Assembly: GCF_964204865.1 (NCBI RefSeq)
Contig: NC_135263.1
Location: 7,068,001 to 7,132,000, forward strand
Direction: 5' to 3'
Length of the DNA stretch: 64,000 nucleotides
From: Styela clava
Lineage: Eukaryota
The notes beneath the pieces were generated by a model. The model saw only the letters and a list, made by a program, of their open reading frames with translations. It made no database searches and was not told the DNA's origin. A program made the translations under genes and the position numbers. This document shows positions 12,184 through 25,750 of this stretch, piece by piece. Every line of letters begins with the position of its first letter. Position 1 is the stretch's first letter.

Positions 12184-15100
12184 ATGGAACAACACTATGA
12201 AGATGACAATATCTATTACGATAATATGGAAATTATGGAGAAAATTGAGCAACGTAAAATCCAAGAGGTGATCGATATAAAAGCCAAACATAAGATCCAA
12301 AAGCAAAATAATGTGAATCCAACCGAGAAGCCACCAGCGCTGCCACCGAAAAAGAAGAATTTACCCAAATCATCGAACAATATAGCCAAGAAAGAATCTG
12401 AATCCCCAAAAGTGCCTAAAACTCAAGAAGCGATTCACAATCGCCAACAACAATTGGTGAAAGAAAAGAAACCTGAACCACAACCTCAAACGCAGCAGAC
12501 ATGCAGCCATCCACAACTTTTAAGAACTCGTTCAATTGTTGATGAGCCTTTATCCCCTATTATGGAGGAAGAAAGTGTTTTAGGAGATTCTCCACACGGG
12601 AGTTTGCACGGTTCGGATGACGAGTTATCAGAACATCCAAGTCAATCAGCATCGGATACATTTCATAGTGACGATTCTTCCAGTGTGTTTTATGAATCAT
12701 TTAGTGATCAAGCGAATGTTAAAAACAACAATACAAACTTTAATGAAAGTAGGGAAAATGGCAAATCTACGAATAAAACCATTCAAAATGGTATAACAGA
12801 TAATAACTCGATTTCAGATTCTGGTGGATCGGGAAACTCAAGATCGTCCTCACAGAAATCTAAAGACAATTCTCAATTTACGCAGAATACAAAGACAGGA
12901 TCGGGTGGGAGTTTTCCTAATTCATATGATACAAGTTCCATCGATGATGAGTCGGAGCAAGATGGTGTCCAGCCTTACGGTATGGTTGATCTTGCACAAC
13001 TCGATGAAGCGGAAAATAAACGAAAAATTCCACCAAAACCACGCATTGATGCGAGACAACTTGCGAATCAGAATAGAGATAATTTACACAAACTCAGACA
13101 GCATTCTAGGAATCAGAATGCACCTAGGGAAGAAATCAACGAATATGATAACTTGGATGAATATAACGGTAAGTGAACTTGGAACTTAGCATTTGTCCAT
13201 TCTTTGCTGAGCTCCCTTATTTCATAAAAAAAAATAATACTGATATATAATTGATTGTTTATACTACAGGAGTAGTAATTATCTACTAAATCCAAAAAAA
13301 TATAAGAAAAAGCTTTAAAGATTTATAGTCCTCGTGAATTGTTATTATTGGATTCGGTCAGAGTTATATCATTTATTTTTTTAACTTATTTCAACATTTT
13401 TAGTTTTTTCGAAGAATTTCTTCCGCTCAGTTTAAGCGGATGGAGTTTAAGTGAAATCTGTCATTTAAAGATTTAATTACAGGCTTTGTCATATTATTAT
13501 TCGCGGCGTTCAAACTCAAAACATAAACAAATAATGAAATAATTATATGTCGTATGCATTTTTACCGGTTTATAACAAATAATTTTTTTGATAAGTTCAC
13601 GGTAAATTCACAGTATATGTCAAGAGAGTAAGTGGGGACGGACGGCTGAAATTACATTTCAGATAAATTTTCATAAAACAATTTAAATTTACGAGATTAA
13701 TTTTGTAGTACAGAGAAGTTCATATAGAATCAATTAGATTGCTTTTGTATCTTTCATGCCCTTCACAATTAAATGTAAGACATTTTATATATACGACTGT
13801 CGATATACACCGAATAGCATATTGGTATAAGCTTATTTAAAATCTTGCACAATAATATATTATCTAACGAAAAAATAGTTTGTCATAATCTGTAAAGTTG
13901 TGGTTTCCGTTTACGGTTGAAATTTTTTAATAGCGAACCTACATACCAATTCTTTGTTCTAACATCCGGTCATTTTGAGATTTTAAAGTCGTCAGACCGT
14001 AAATTTGCGTCTATCAAATGATAAGATCTCTTTAATGACAGTATCGAAATTTTTTTAACAAATTTACTAAGTAAGAAAAAGTTGTACTGTAAGGTGCAGC
14101 ACGTTTCAATTGTGGGAAAAGCTTAAATGATTCTTGAATAGTTTATTTTTCTATTTTAGCTTGACATTGATCCTTTCTTTGTATTTATTGCCTTGAAGGC
14201 ATTTATATGTCGCTGTTAGTATTGTACAAGTCTAACGTTATCAAAACCTTGGTATTTATTAGGCTGGAAAAAATTAAATTAAATAAAACATCATTTTAAA
14301 ATGTCCAGTATCTCGACGTTTATTTGATTAGAAAATCTTTAAATAATATAATAATATGAAAAACTTTGAATCAAATTTAAAATTATTTGCGTAACAACAG
14401 TGATGTTTATGTTTTTCTAAAGACACTCGAAAGTTAAATTTCGATTTACTTGACTATAGTTTTTTCAGTCCATATCATCTATTGTGAAATATTATGATTA
14501 ACTCCCAAAACTCTAGAATCACAATTTCTAATAATCTCTAGCTACTTTCCAGCTTAAAATCTAAACTAGCCCAAGAACGCCCTCATTCCAGTTCATCTTG
14601 CTTGGATTGATAAGGTATTTTTGAACTGTCCAGTGCTGTTATCCAATACTTCACAAACAGACCCTCACAACTCACAAGTACTTGAGACCAACTATCCAGA
14701 AATGATATACCAAATAAGGGCTATTAAGTTGGGCAATATCCGACCAACCTAGGGTAGGGAAGAAATTCACAAATTTATGTTATTGCCATGTCTAATCAAA
14801 TGAAAAAATTTGACTGGTTGTGAAATATTTTGGTTAATTTAGAAAGATGAGTTACCCAATAATCCAAATCACGCTAGCCCTTAGCCGTCATATAAAATTA
14901 CCTTTTCAACAAAAGCTCGGCTGATTTGGCAAGTGTTTGGTGACAACTTGACTTTTGTTTTCACAATGGTCCGAAGTGCAGAAACATGGCGATCGCATTT
15001 TTGTGCAATTGAATAGGGAATGGATTACATTGTAAGTACGGAAAATCAAATATTTGGGTTACGAAATACCCGAAAGATTGGGGGCTAGGAATAAAAAAAA

Positions 15101-18100
15101 CAGTAAAATGCTTTTATATTAGAACCGACTAGCCGACATTTCCAAACTCTTTTATCTCATACCAAACATTTGCTTTGTAATATAATATATATTTTTAAAC
15201 AATACATTTCACACTAATTCGCCTTTTAATAAAAAGGGAAGTGCTGCTGCTGATAAGGCAGACAATCTTGTATGTTGGTGGTAACTAAATATTCTTGATT
15301 TTACTCAGTACAGAAAATAATTGTTCACTGTGCAGCCACTCAAAGACATTTTATTCTAACTTCATCACATAGGCTAATGCATTTGGGCGCGTCAGTTTAC
15401 CAGAAAAGGTATCGATAATATAATATGTACATATTACCCGTATACATTCGATTTAAGATCACAAAAATTAGTTGGCTTATTGAACTTTATTGAAATTCAA
15501 CGCTCGAGGGTGTTTAAAAATTGAGTTTTGTTACAATGATAGCAATACAATCAAAAGGACAGAAAAATATGATAATAATACACAATTTTTGGATTCTGAT
15601 TAGTTTTGTTGTAAATAGTACCTTTTCATATATTTATCCGTATAGTATATATTCGTTCATTACTTCATCTTGATGTTGAATACACTCATTGATTCATTTC
15701 GATGAAATTAAATAAAAATAGGTGCGGTTTTATCGCTCCACTTACACTGTATCGATTTCTATTATAGGCCGACACAGTACAGCCGTGTCGTCATTGGACA
15801 AGCAGGGAATCCAGAGGCCGCCTTCAACTGCATCACCAAAGTCACTGCCAAAAAATATGACAAGGAGTTCAAATGTTAAAAACGAAGAACAACGTACAAA
15901 CAGAAGAACTCTATCAGACAGTAGAGAAAAGCGCGACGCACTTAGACGTAAAGAACTGCAATCCATACAGGGTCAAAGACCCAGATCATCTTCGGATCGC
16001 AGCGACTCAAGTGTCGATAAACGTATGAAAGGTCCTGCACTTCCACCAAAACCAGCACCGAAAGTACTACCTATCCCTGTCAATGTAAAAGAAGAAGATC
16101 TTTTCAAAGATGACGTAAATTTGTATGAAGAGATCCAACCACGTGATGAGGAAGAGAGAAATCACGTGCTACAAACCGACGCAATGGAAAAAGCGTGGGA
16201 CGACATTCAAGAAATTTTAGAATCAATGGAAATTCCAGATTTTGGCGACGCACAACCGAAGTCAAAAACCCTTTCTACGAAAAGGTTCCCGGTCTCACAG
16301 CAATACAAACAATACGAACCTCCTCAATATGACAATTTTGCAGATTTAATGAGCAATCAGAATCTGCAAACTACTCCAGTTACAGCGAGAAAAATGGAGT
16401 CACCACTTTTACCAAAACAAAACCCACCATCTCCAAAACGAAAAAATAGTTTTGGTAGTTTGAGCAGTTCTAGCTACAGGTCAGAGCTTTCACACAAATA
16501 TGATCAACAAAATACCACAAACATCACAGCTTTTAACTCACCCAATACTCAGAATCTACATGGAATGAAGCCACACGAAAATGCACAGGATAATTTATAT
16601 GTAAATGACAAACAGTTCAGACAAGATGACTTAGATGAGATAATACCAAGCGATATAGACACCAGGTATTACGAAGGACCGCGAGAAAATAGAAATCAGG
16701 CACCGCCTCCTTTGCCTGCACCCAGAAAAAGCTTTGCGAAATCACAAAGTTCAGGCCAACTTGTTGGAAATCCAAAGAGTAAACTGCATGTTATGAGCAG
16801 AACAAATTCCGGACCTTCAATATTAATAGACGAGCGATACGAATTGCCTGCAAATAATATTCCGGAAAATAAACAGATGTATAGAAAGTCAAAATCTCTT
16901 GATGAAAAAGAAAAATCCGCATCCTCTCCAGACGGTTCGCTTCCACGTAGAATGAAGAGTAGAGAGAGTGACGGTGACAGTGGTATGTTTTCACAAAATG
17001 TCACAGATGAAGGTTTAGCAATGAAATCTGGTTCCCAATATAGTGATGAATCAATGCTCGACACAAGTGAATCTTTAAAAGGAAGCACCAAGTCCTTAGG
17101 TCGAATCGCTTCGCGTGAACGCAAAAAATCTCCTCTCAGATCAAAATTCAAATTTCGCGTGCGATCAAAATCCCAAGAACGATTTCAGAGTGATTCCGGA
17201 TCAGTTGCACAACAATCTGGCAACAGTGATGTTGACGATGACGCGAAAGGTCGTCGACGCAAAGGGTCAAGACTATCACGCAGAATATCGAGAAAAACTG
17301 CGGAGAGAAGAGGGCGTTCTGCTGATCGCAGTAAGTCTGGAGATGAGGACGAATCTCGTGGTAGAAATCCTGTGAATTTTATCAGAAAACTGCTACGAAA
17401 ATCGAGAGAACCAGCAGAAGAGATTTCAGCGCCAATGCAAGATTTTGACGTGGAAGCTCATGGTGAGATTTTGGTTTTAAAAGCATTCGATCACTCGACA
17501 AAAAATTCTTTTGCGATATAGTCAACCACTATTCCACTTTTTGATTACTACTTTTAATTTCAATTAATAAAATTGTATACATTAGGTTGAATGTATTATT
17601 TAATGTACGTTTTATGTTAAAATAAGAATCATCCACAAAAAAACAGCAATTTACAGTTTCACACTTTTGCATCTAAGTCTTAGTTTTCTGGGAATACGTT
17701 ATTTGCTTGTCTTTCAGTATTGATTTGTGCAAAACACTTTAGTTTAAACGCTCAGTATGGGGAGCTAAGGTTTTTCAGCAAATTTGGTGATCATTATTTA
17801 AACTTGGAAGGGCATATTCAACTTTTGATCTACAAAATCTGAGCTCGATCTGTCCTGGCGCATGGTCAAATAATTGAAATATAAAATCAAGCACTCTGCC
17901 AGAAATAGTCCAAGTAAGAAATTGATGTCATTCTGTAATACGTTATGTCATTTAAATATCGTCAGCGCAATTTAATCCACACATGCCACTGAAATTGCAT
18001 GTACTCGTCAAAAGTGTCTCTGAGGTGAGCTTAGCCAGACAAAAACCAAGGAGAATGTTTTAGCATTGCATGACGGCCTTGTTTACTATATGGGTGGCAT

Positions 18101-21100
18101 CGTGAAAGCCGACAGCACGATTATATAAGTAGCAATATTATTTATTTTGTGTTGCTGTTCTTAATATTGTAGATTTAGAAATTTTATCATTTGTGCCAAG
18201 TTCAGACTAAACATAAAACAAATAATGCATATATATACAGAAATATTTCTCCTTATTTCGATTTTTAAGTTTTAAAGAAATTGAACTAAAAAATTACTAT
18301 CTAATGACACAGCGTAAAATCACGTTTCTCCCAGAAATTCAATTGTTTGAAGTCATATATATTCTAGGTTAAAGGTAGAAAATATCTTCAACAACGAGTT
18401 TATTTTGTTCACTTTAGTTGCCAATCAGAACTTGTACGTCCAGTCACCCGTAGAGAAGGCCCCTTCGGTGACATCACAACCAGAAAGACATCAGAAACCA
18501 TTGGACCCACCTCGGTTAGTATATGTTATGTTGCGATACATATGTGTCTCTCAAAGTTATGTAATGCGGTAGATATATAAGCCATCGTTTCCAAGTAATT
18601 TGGTAGAAAAGTAATAAAAAAAACAATCGATAAAATTCCAGTGAGAAACAGTTGATATCGCCGCCTTCTCGTCGAGCAAGAAAAATGCTACATTCAAGAA
18701 GAGCACGCGAATACGCAAGTTCATCTGACGAGGACGATAGTGACGTCATTACCAATAGAAGAGATGGGTATGATCAAAGAAATGCAAAACTTGGTAAATA
18801 TTAGTATTATGACACCATAATTGAGTGGGCAAAATAATGATTCCAAGCATAATAAAGTTTAATAGAAGCAAAAATAAACTTTTAAATTTAAGGTGGACAA
18901 CGTCCGGATCATCACAATTCTTTTCGAAACCAACGAAGAAATTCGCCTTCGACTTCAGATTCAGAAGAAGACTACAGACCATCATATGAGGTTTGAAACG
19001 TATATGATTGAGTATTTAGCCGACTACTTGATATCAGTTTATTCAAATGCATCAAACTCCGGTTATACATCATTTTTAATTGATCTAAAATGTAGATATT
19101 CTGTGATCATGTCTGAAAAAACAAAATATAAATAATATTTACAGAACAACAGAGGAGGAAATGGATTTGACGATTATTCCGGTAGAAGAAAAAGTGGAAC
19201 AAGATATGATTATGAAAAAGATGACAAAGCGATGAGGTAGGGGCTTTCTTTTTAGTACTCCTTTATCTTTCGTTGTTCGGCCTTCAGCAAGCCCCGATTT
19301 CTGTACATTTTTATTCCTATTCCATGTTTTATAACCGTGCCTGTGTAGGGCATGTTTTATACATCTTAGAAAAAATGTAATTCATTTGTCATAACTCGCT
19401 ATCTGTGCAAGTTATAAAAAGTCAATCAATATTAGCATTTGTAAAAATTAACAATAGTATCTAAATATTTACGGTTAACATTTCAATAAAAAATAATTCC
19501 GATAAATTCGAAGCATTCATTCTATCAATCCATTAAAAAACCACCCATTTTAGTACAGTACAACCTGTAAATAGACTTAGCATATAACATGGTATGTTTT
19601 TCGATCTGATGAAATATTTTTCTCTGCATTTTCCAGAGATAGGAACCAAAGAACTCGCATACAACATCCAAGAAGACGACATTCAGACAAAAGAAGAAAT
19701 TACAATGACGGAACACAACAACCATCAAACAATGCATCACAACAACATGAAAAATACAGAACTCTCGTTTCTCTTAACGCACAAACCTTGAAAAAGGTAT
19801 TAAATATTTTGCTTGTACACCATATTGGTATTGTCACAGTCAGCGATTTCTCATTGTATCAGGAAGTTTGCAATATCTATTGGTTTAACATCTAGTAAAC
19901 GAATCTGTATGCTAAAGTGATCCTAAAATTGTAGACAAAACGATAGAGAAAATTTCAATTGGAAACAAATGAACTGAATGTTTTTTAACATTCGTGTTCA
20001 TCCTCAATATTTTCATTATAATGATAATTTTAATTTAACTATGTTGTATATTTACTGTTGTTGCTTATTTATATTATTTATGAATGTCCTGCTCATAAAA
20101 AGTATGGCATTTTGATCCTGCAAATTATCATATCGAAATTGACAAATACGGTCCCAAATATTATTATTTTAAGCTTTGCGTTATACGCCACGGTAGAGCT
20201 AACTTTGAACTAAAAACAGCAAGAATGTGATGACACCGAATAGAATAAAAACAGCTGCGCTTCACTTTTGTATCAACTTTTGCAAATTCAAAATAACTGT
20301 AAACTTACACTTTGGTGAATAGAAACAAGCAATTTTGAGATAAAATGACATCCGCCAATAATGAAATTTGAGCCGGCCAAGCCTTAAAAAATTTACCATA
20401 ATTTTAATGGAATCCAAAAATTTTGTTACCTCTGCAGTATTCAAATGTATGCTATTTACACAAATAGAGGCCGAAACTGACTTTGGCCCAAACTGCGCAT
20501 TTCATGAGCATTCACTCACACATAGACTTCGTGTTTTCGTTGTGAAATGTTCATGAAATTTTCTGACAGACAAGGTTTGCAATAGTATTGCCATTCTGCT
20601 ATAGGATTGGCAAAAATACAAATTATATTATCTAAAACGTAAAATAGAGCTTACTTCGTCTTTTCAACAGACATTACTATTATTTTAAACTGAATTCTAT
20701 ATTTCGCTCATGTTTGGTTAAGCAAAACCATGGGATTTGATTTCCGGTTGAATGGTGTACCTCGTATTCCCTACCAGACAGTGTTACATTCCACCGTAAG
20801 TTTCGGCTCAAAAATATCAAGCGTTAAAAGGGGCTCTGGGTTCCGAATACGTCACAATCCACGTCAAAATACGTCGCTATATGACATTACTATACACTTT
20901 TCTCACGCTCGCGAGTAAATAACTCCGAGACTATTTCACTATACACCAACAAAGAACGAAAAACATAATTGACTATTTATCAAAAAATACTTTTATGTTG
21001 TGTTTAATTAGACACAGTTAGACTTTAATAAGAAGCATTAAAATAGACATAATTTATGAACACTCATCTTATTGTTACAGTTCTGAATGTATGTGGTAGT

Positions 21101-24100
21101 TTATATCAACTTCTGCTCAACATATTTCAATCTGTTATTTCTAACAAATGATGAGTGATGAACAAGTTACTGAGATAACCAATAAGCTATTACCACTTGT
21201 ATACTACAATTTTGGCAAACACTAACGGCCTAGCAAATATGTCTGTATTTTCAGTATAGTTTATTGTGACAAAAGACTATGGTATTTTGTTTTTCTTGAA
21301 GAAATTCAATTGCATATACAGAGGCTAACTCCTTCAAATTTGCTAATTGTTCCGAAACGAATGATAGGCTGGTAAATTAGATGAAATGTATGGATTATGA
21401 AATTTTTTTAGTGTATCCTCAATAATTCACCCAGAATACTTACAGGTATTTCTTCTGTCATATTATATTTAACTTGCAAATACAAATTATCATTTAATCG
21501 CATAAACCACAGTGTTCAAAATATTATTAGTTTGCTTTAATATTATAACATTATTAAAGATTACAGAAAAATGGTTGACGGAGTGGAGAAATCAGTTACC
21601 CGTTGGTGGATTCTTGATTACGTCATGGTCTGACGTAGTTTTGGCCAGCAAAAGACCTCAATGCATTTTGGGAAAAACTGTATTATATGTTGCTCATTTT
21701 TCTACCAATCCAGATCATAAGCTAGCTTGCCAGGTATATAGAGTTTTTCTTGCATTCTATTTTATATCTCATTTGTCTCATTACATGCGCGGTAAATATA
21801 GACAAAGGCACATTGAGAAGTTAGAATTCGTTAAGTGAGTATTACATATGGACTATTGAAGAAAACATATTTTTCTGTACGTGTAAGTTCGGTTTTCTCT
21901 TCATTTTCGTTTTAAATATTTCAACATTACTATTTTAATCTACCCATAGAAAACACATAATACGTAATAACCCATTCTACATGATGGTAGCAAAAGAAAA
22001 TTACAATAACGAAAAGATGGCTATGTTTTGAAGATTTAGATGAAGGTTGTTTGAGGATGCATATTTGCTCTTACTTGCATTTACAACAACACGACGACGA
22101 TTTCCCCATCTGTATTTGTCTAAAGAATTCATGTATATTAATCTTTGTCCTCGTTTGGCATATTTAAGCATCTCAATTACAGCTATCGTGCAAAAATTTA
22201 TATATTTCAATCAAACCCGTTAAACACCTCAAAAGAAAGGTTTTCATAAGGTTGAGTTGGTGACTTATTATGTTTGTCAAGTCAAAAGTAACTTCTCTGA
22301 CCCATGATTTTTTAAGTGCAACCAAACTAATAACATTTCTTTAGAAACAAAGATATGCATTTATAATCCATTGTTACAATTGTTACAATGTGTTGAGCAA
22401 AATTCAATCCTATTTCTAAAATAATTGTAGTTTTTTTTTCTATCCATGCCCTCTGCTGACGGGACAAAATTATTGTCAATATTTAGACGTGCACATAAAA
22501 CTAGTGATATGAAGTTATATCTGCACATGGTCCTTTCTTCATATGAAGATTTTAATGAAAGGTCATTCACAGAATAATGAGAATTTGTTCCCTAATTTTA
22601 GATGTTTGATCAAAAAGATATCAACTCTCGCCTCATACGTCAACTCGAAAACTGCTCTACTTTGACGGCGCACCCGAATCTATGCAGCGTTTGCAGCCAT
22701 TTCCCTTGTCAAGTGCCTGGTTCGCTGATCAACCCTGCTTATGGAGATAGACCCGTGAAAGCCTTGTGCGTTGTATTGGCAAACGTACCAGCTATGTCAC
22801 TAGCTGAATATCTTCAGAGATTGGGAGAAGAAAAAGAACCCAAACAAGTTCACAAGTGAGTTAATGTGTCACTCTCACGTTTTTTCAACAACATTTTAAC
22901 GTATGCATTTCTGTGTTTATAAGTGACTAATTGATTCCAAAATAGAAACAATGGCGTCATCAAAGTGAAGTGAGGGCACGCACTTCTCAAATGTGAGAAA
23001 ATAGTTATCTTGAGTGCCAAATACCAAATTAATAGAGATAGGGAATTTATTGTAGAGTCCCAAGTCACAAAGAATTCAAATCAACCATGCAGTTTAAAAA
23101 CAGCATTTATCCTAACATACTGCGAAATAAGGTTTACTCGGCAGTAGGCAAGCTAGTAATCCTACTTCCAACCATTTCAAAACTAAGTAAGAACCTCGGG
23201 TAACGCATATTTAGTCTGCGGTGTACACTTGATAAGATTTTTTAGTTTATAGTTAACAGTTTATAGTTATAGTGATTAGGCGTCGCCTCGAATGGAATCG
23301 AACTTTTTGATGTCAATATTTCGCAACCATTGAAAAAGACAATTCCACCATAACAATGGTGCCGTCAAAATTAACATTGTTTTATATACTAACAATTAGG
23401 AATTGTATTTCAATTTATTGTTAAGATGATGGCCTTCTTTTTTAATCTTGAAAGCGAATCCCTTTTGGTAGCATACGCGATTCAAACACAATGTTGAACA
23501 TCATTTCAGTAAAATATTTTGCAATAATACCAAACATGAGACGCCAAAATTAGATAATATATAATAAATATTAAATTACGCTTTGTGAAAACCAAAATAT
23601 TATATTTCACAGGCAAATCCTGCTGATGTTACTTCAGCTGCTTCAGGCGATGGACAATCTATCTTCTTCCGGATTCAGTATTTCATGCATAAAACCAGAC
23701 CATCTTGTGGTAACCCAGGAAAGAGGACTATTACAGATTCTTCCTCATATGGATTGCGCGGACGAAAACTCTACGGAGAACGATGAGGGCTTTCGAAGGT
23801 TACCAATCATGCAACAAATAGCAAAGTTAGTATCGTGGATGCTCCAAATCGGTACAGACATACATAATTCCAGATCACAAAAACCTGCGGCCGCATCTCC
23901 GCACCTTTTTGCTCTTAAAAAGATTGTATATATACTCACTGAACAACCACAAAATCTGGACAGTCGTGCAATACAAAGCATCGCCCAATGTGCTTTATGG
24001 GGTCCTATGACGTCAGAAGAATTGGATCTGGGTATGAAAAATACGTACGAGGCACTTGAAATGTGGGTCGACATGAAACAAGCAAAACTTGTTAACAGTA

Positions 24101-24225
24101 TTGCTGTTTTATTTTCTGGGAAAAGCAACTCGGTGCCGATATATATGTTTTACAAACATCAATATTTTTCACAAATCAATCCCGAAAGTTTGTTTCAGAA
24201 TTTGAGAACATTGCAGCGAATTTAG
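12184..24225 (+). CDS. PEAK1/pragmin (SgK269/SgK223)-family pseudokinase scaffold. Exons 12184-13168, 15768-17462, 18418-18514, 18642-18793, 18893-18990, 19145-19236, 19637-19796, 21560-21733, 22602-22855, 23613-24225
   Basis: Long S/P/charged low-complexity N-terminal region with PxxPxK motifs (PPALPPKKK, PALPPKP, PPPLPAPRK) and YDN/YEE/YVN tyrosine motifs. The C-terminal region resembles PEAK-family features: SLNAQTLKK (alphaS-like), SWSDVVLASKRP, HPNL, LLMLLQLLQAMDNL, QCALWGP, WVDMKQAKLV, QYFSQINPESL. All ten exons splice in frame. Confidence 0.85.
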
Positions 24226-25510
24226 TTAAAAAATAAGACTGAAAATGGCACACTAACATTTGCAATAATGTATTGTGAAATCTTGAACAGAGCTAACATA
24301 ATTTACAAAATTTGATAAAAGTGTTACCATTTGAATTATGACAAGGTGGATAAGAAAAAATAACAAAATTAGACATTTTCATTGAATATGCAAAAACTCT
24401 TAATACCAGACTATATATTTGTTTGTTTTATATTGCTTATGTTAAATTGAGTTTATATGATAAAAGGAGCAGTTGCAGTTCTACGAGGTGATAGTTACAA
24501 TCATACCTCTGTCAATTTATAAAAATATTATTACTTTTTTACGGTTTCAGGGAATTGTAACATATACTCATTTTCCACAAATCGTTTTGAAAATGACTAC
24601 AAGCAAGTAATGTCAACTATACCTTTTTATTATTTGCTTGACAATCATACATTCATGCATGTTTGTCTTAACGAGCCATATTACATATTTTTGCCTTTCT
24701 ATGTATTTTGCTCTGGGAAGGTCCAGTTTCAACAATATGGCTGTGTAATGTGATATCACAGTATTTTATATTCCGCCCACAAAATGAGCCGTTTGGGACC
24801 TTGTTTCGAGTGTACTCTTGTTATCTGTATTATTACATAATTTCCGTTGTCAACATTATTGCTTTATTTTATCAGTTTCATATATATTATAATGCAAATG
24901 TGTGAAGATGTATCTTCGTGAATGGCAATATATTGCATCTATTGGCCAATTTTCAAGACTTTTTCAATAAGAGATAATATAATTGATGGGATTGGCAGTA
25001 ATGACTTGTTAGATTATTCATATAATTCCCCGCAATTGAATAAAAGAATATACAGTCATTTCAAACCGACCTTTTTGGAATCTTAAGTTATGAAATTCAA
25101 GCTTGATTAATTGTTAGGTCAGCGATACTCAGTCGAAATATATAGAGAAAAATCACGTCAGCAGTGGAAATGACTTAACTTAAAAATTGGCGTTCTGTTT
25201 GGAAATATGCATGATCTCAACATAATAGGAAAATGCAAAACAAAATAAAAAGTTCTCAATAAAACTGCAGGATGTATTAAATGATATACTTGTTGCAAAA
25301 CCTAAATAGAGCTAAACTGTGAATACTAATTGAGTTATCACAATTTTTCGCGCCACGTTTGTACGACTTTAAACTGCCGTAGAGAGTTGAACTTATGCCA
25401 TATTCGCACAATAAAGGTTGTTCTTATGGATCATTTCAATAAAATAATCTTTTACGCTTGTGCGAATCGCTGCCAACATTTGTTATCACTTTGCCATATG
25501 TCGTCGAGGG

Positions 25511-25549
25511 CAGATGTGTCTGGCGTACTTTAGCACCTACTAAAAATAA
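25511..25549 (+). promoter_or_regulatory. Candidate muscle cis-elements upstream of the troponin C-like gene: E-box CAGATG (25511-25516) and MEF2 site CTAAAAATAA (25540-25549)
   Basis: Exact matches to CANNTG and YTAWWWWTAR about 200-240 bp before the ATG. Short motifs in AT-rich DNA can occur by chance. Confidence 0.4.
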
Positions 25550-25750
25550 ACGTCGATCATAATGAGCTAATCAAATCATTATACCAGAGTCTTTAGTGGA
25601 GGAAAGTTATTGACCGATTGTCATTCCGTTGGGAGTTGTTGGAACCGCAGATATCTATTAGTCGCAGTTCAAATAGTTCAAGCCGGCATATTTGGTGTGC
25701 GAGTGGAAATTTATTTAAGCTGAATAGTTGGAACGACTGAAGGAATCATA

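Noticed and set aside
15020-15037. ATGGATTACATT|GTAAGT in PEAK intron 1 as an alternative first exon
   Set aside because: The phase-0 donor is incompatible with the phase-1 acceptor of the next exon (15768), and nothing else supports it.
15742-17151. Antisense ORFs (15742-15966, 16696-17151, 16791-16994) and the similar 23745-24128 ORF
   Set aside because: They are shadows of the large PEAK-family exons on the opposite strand, with no motifs or splice support of their own.
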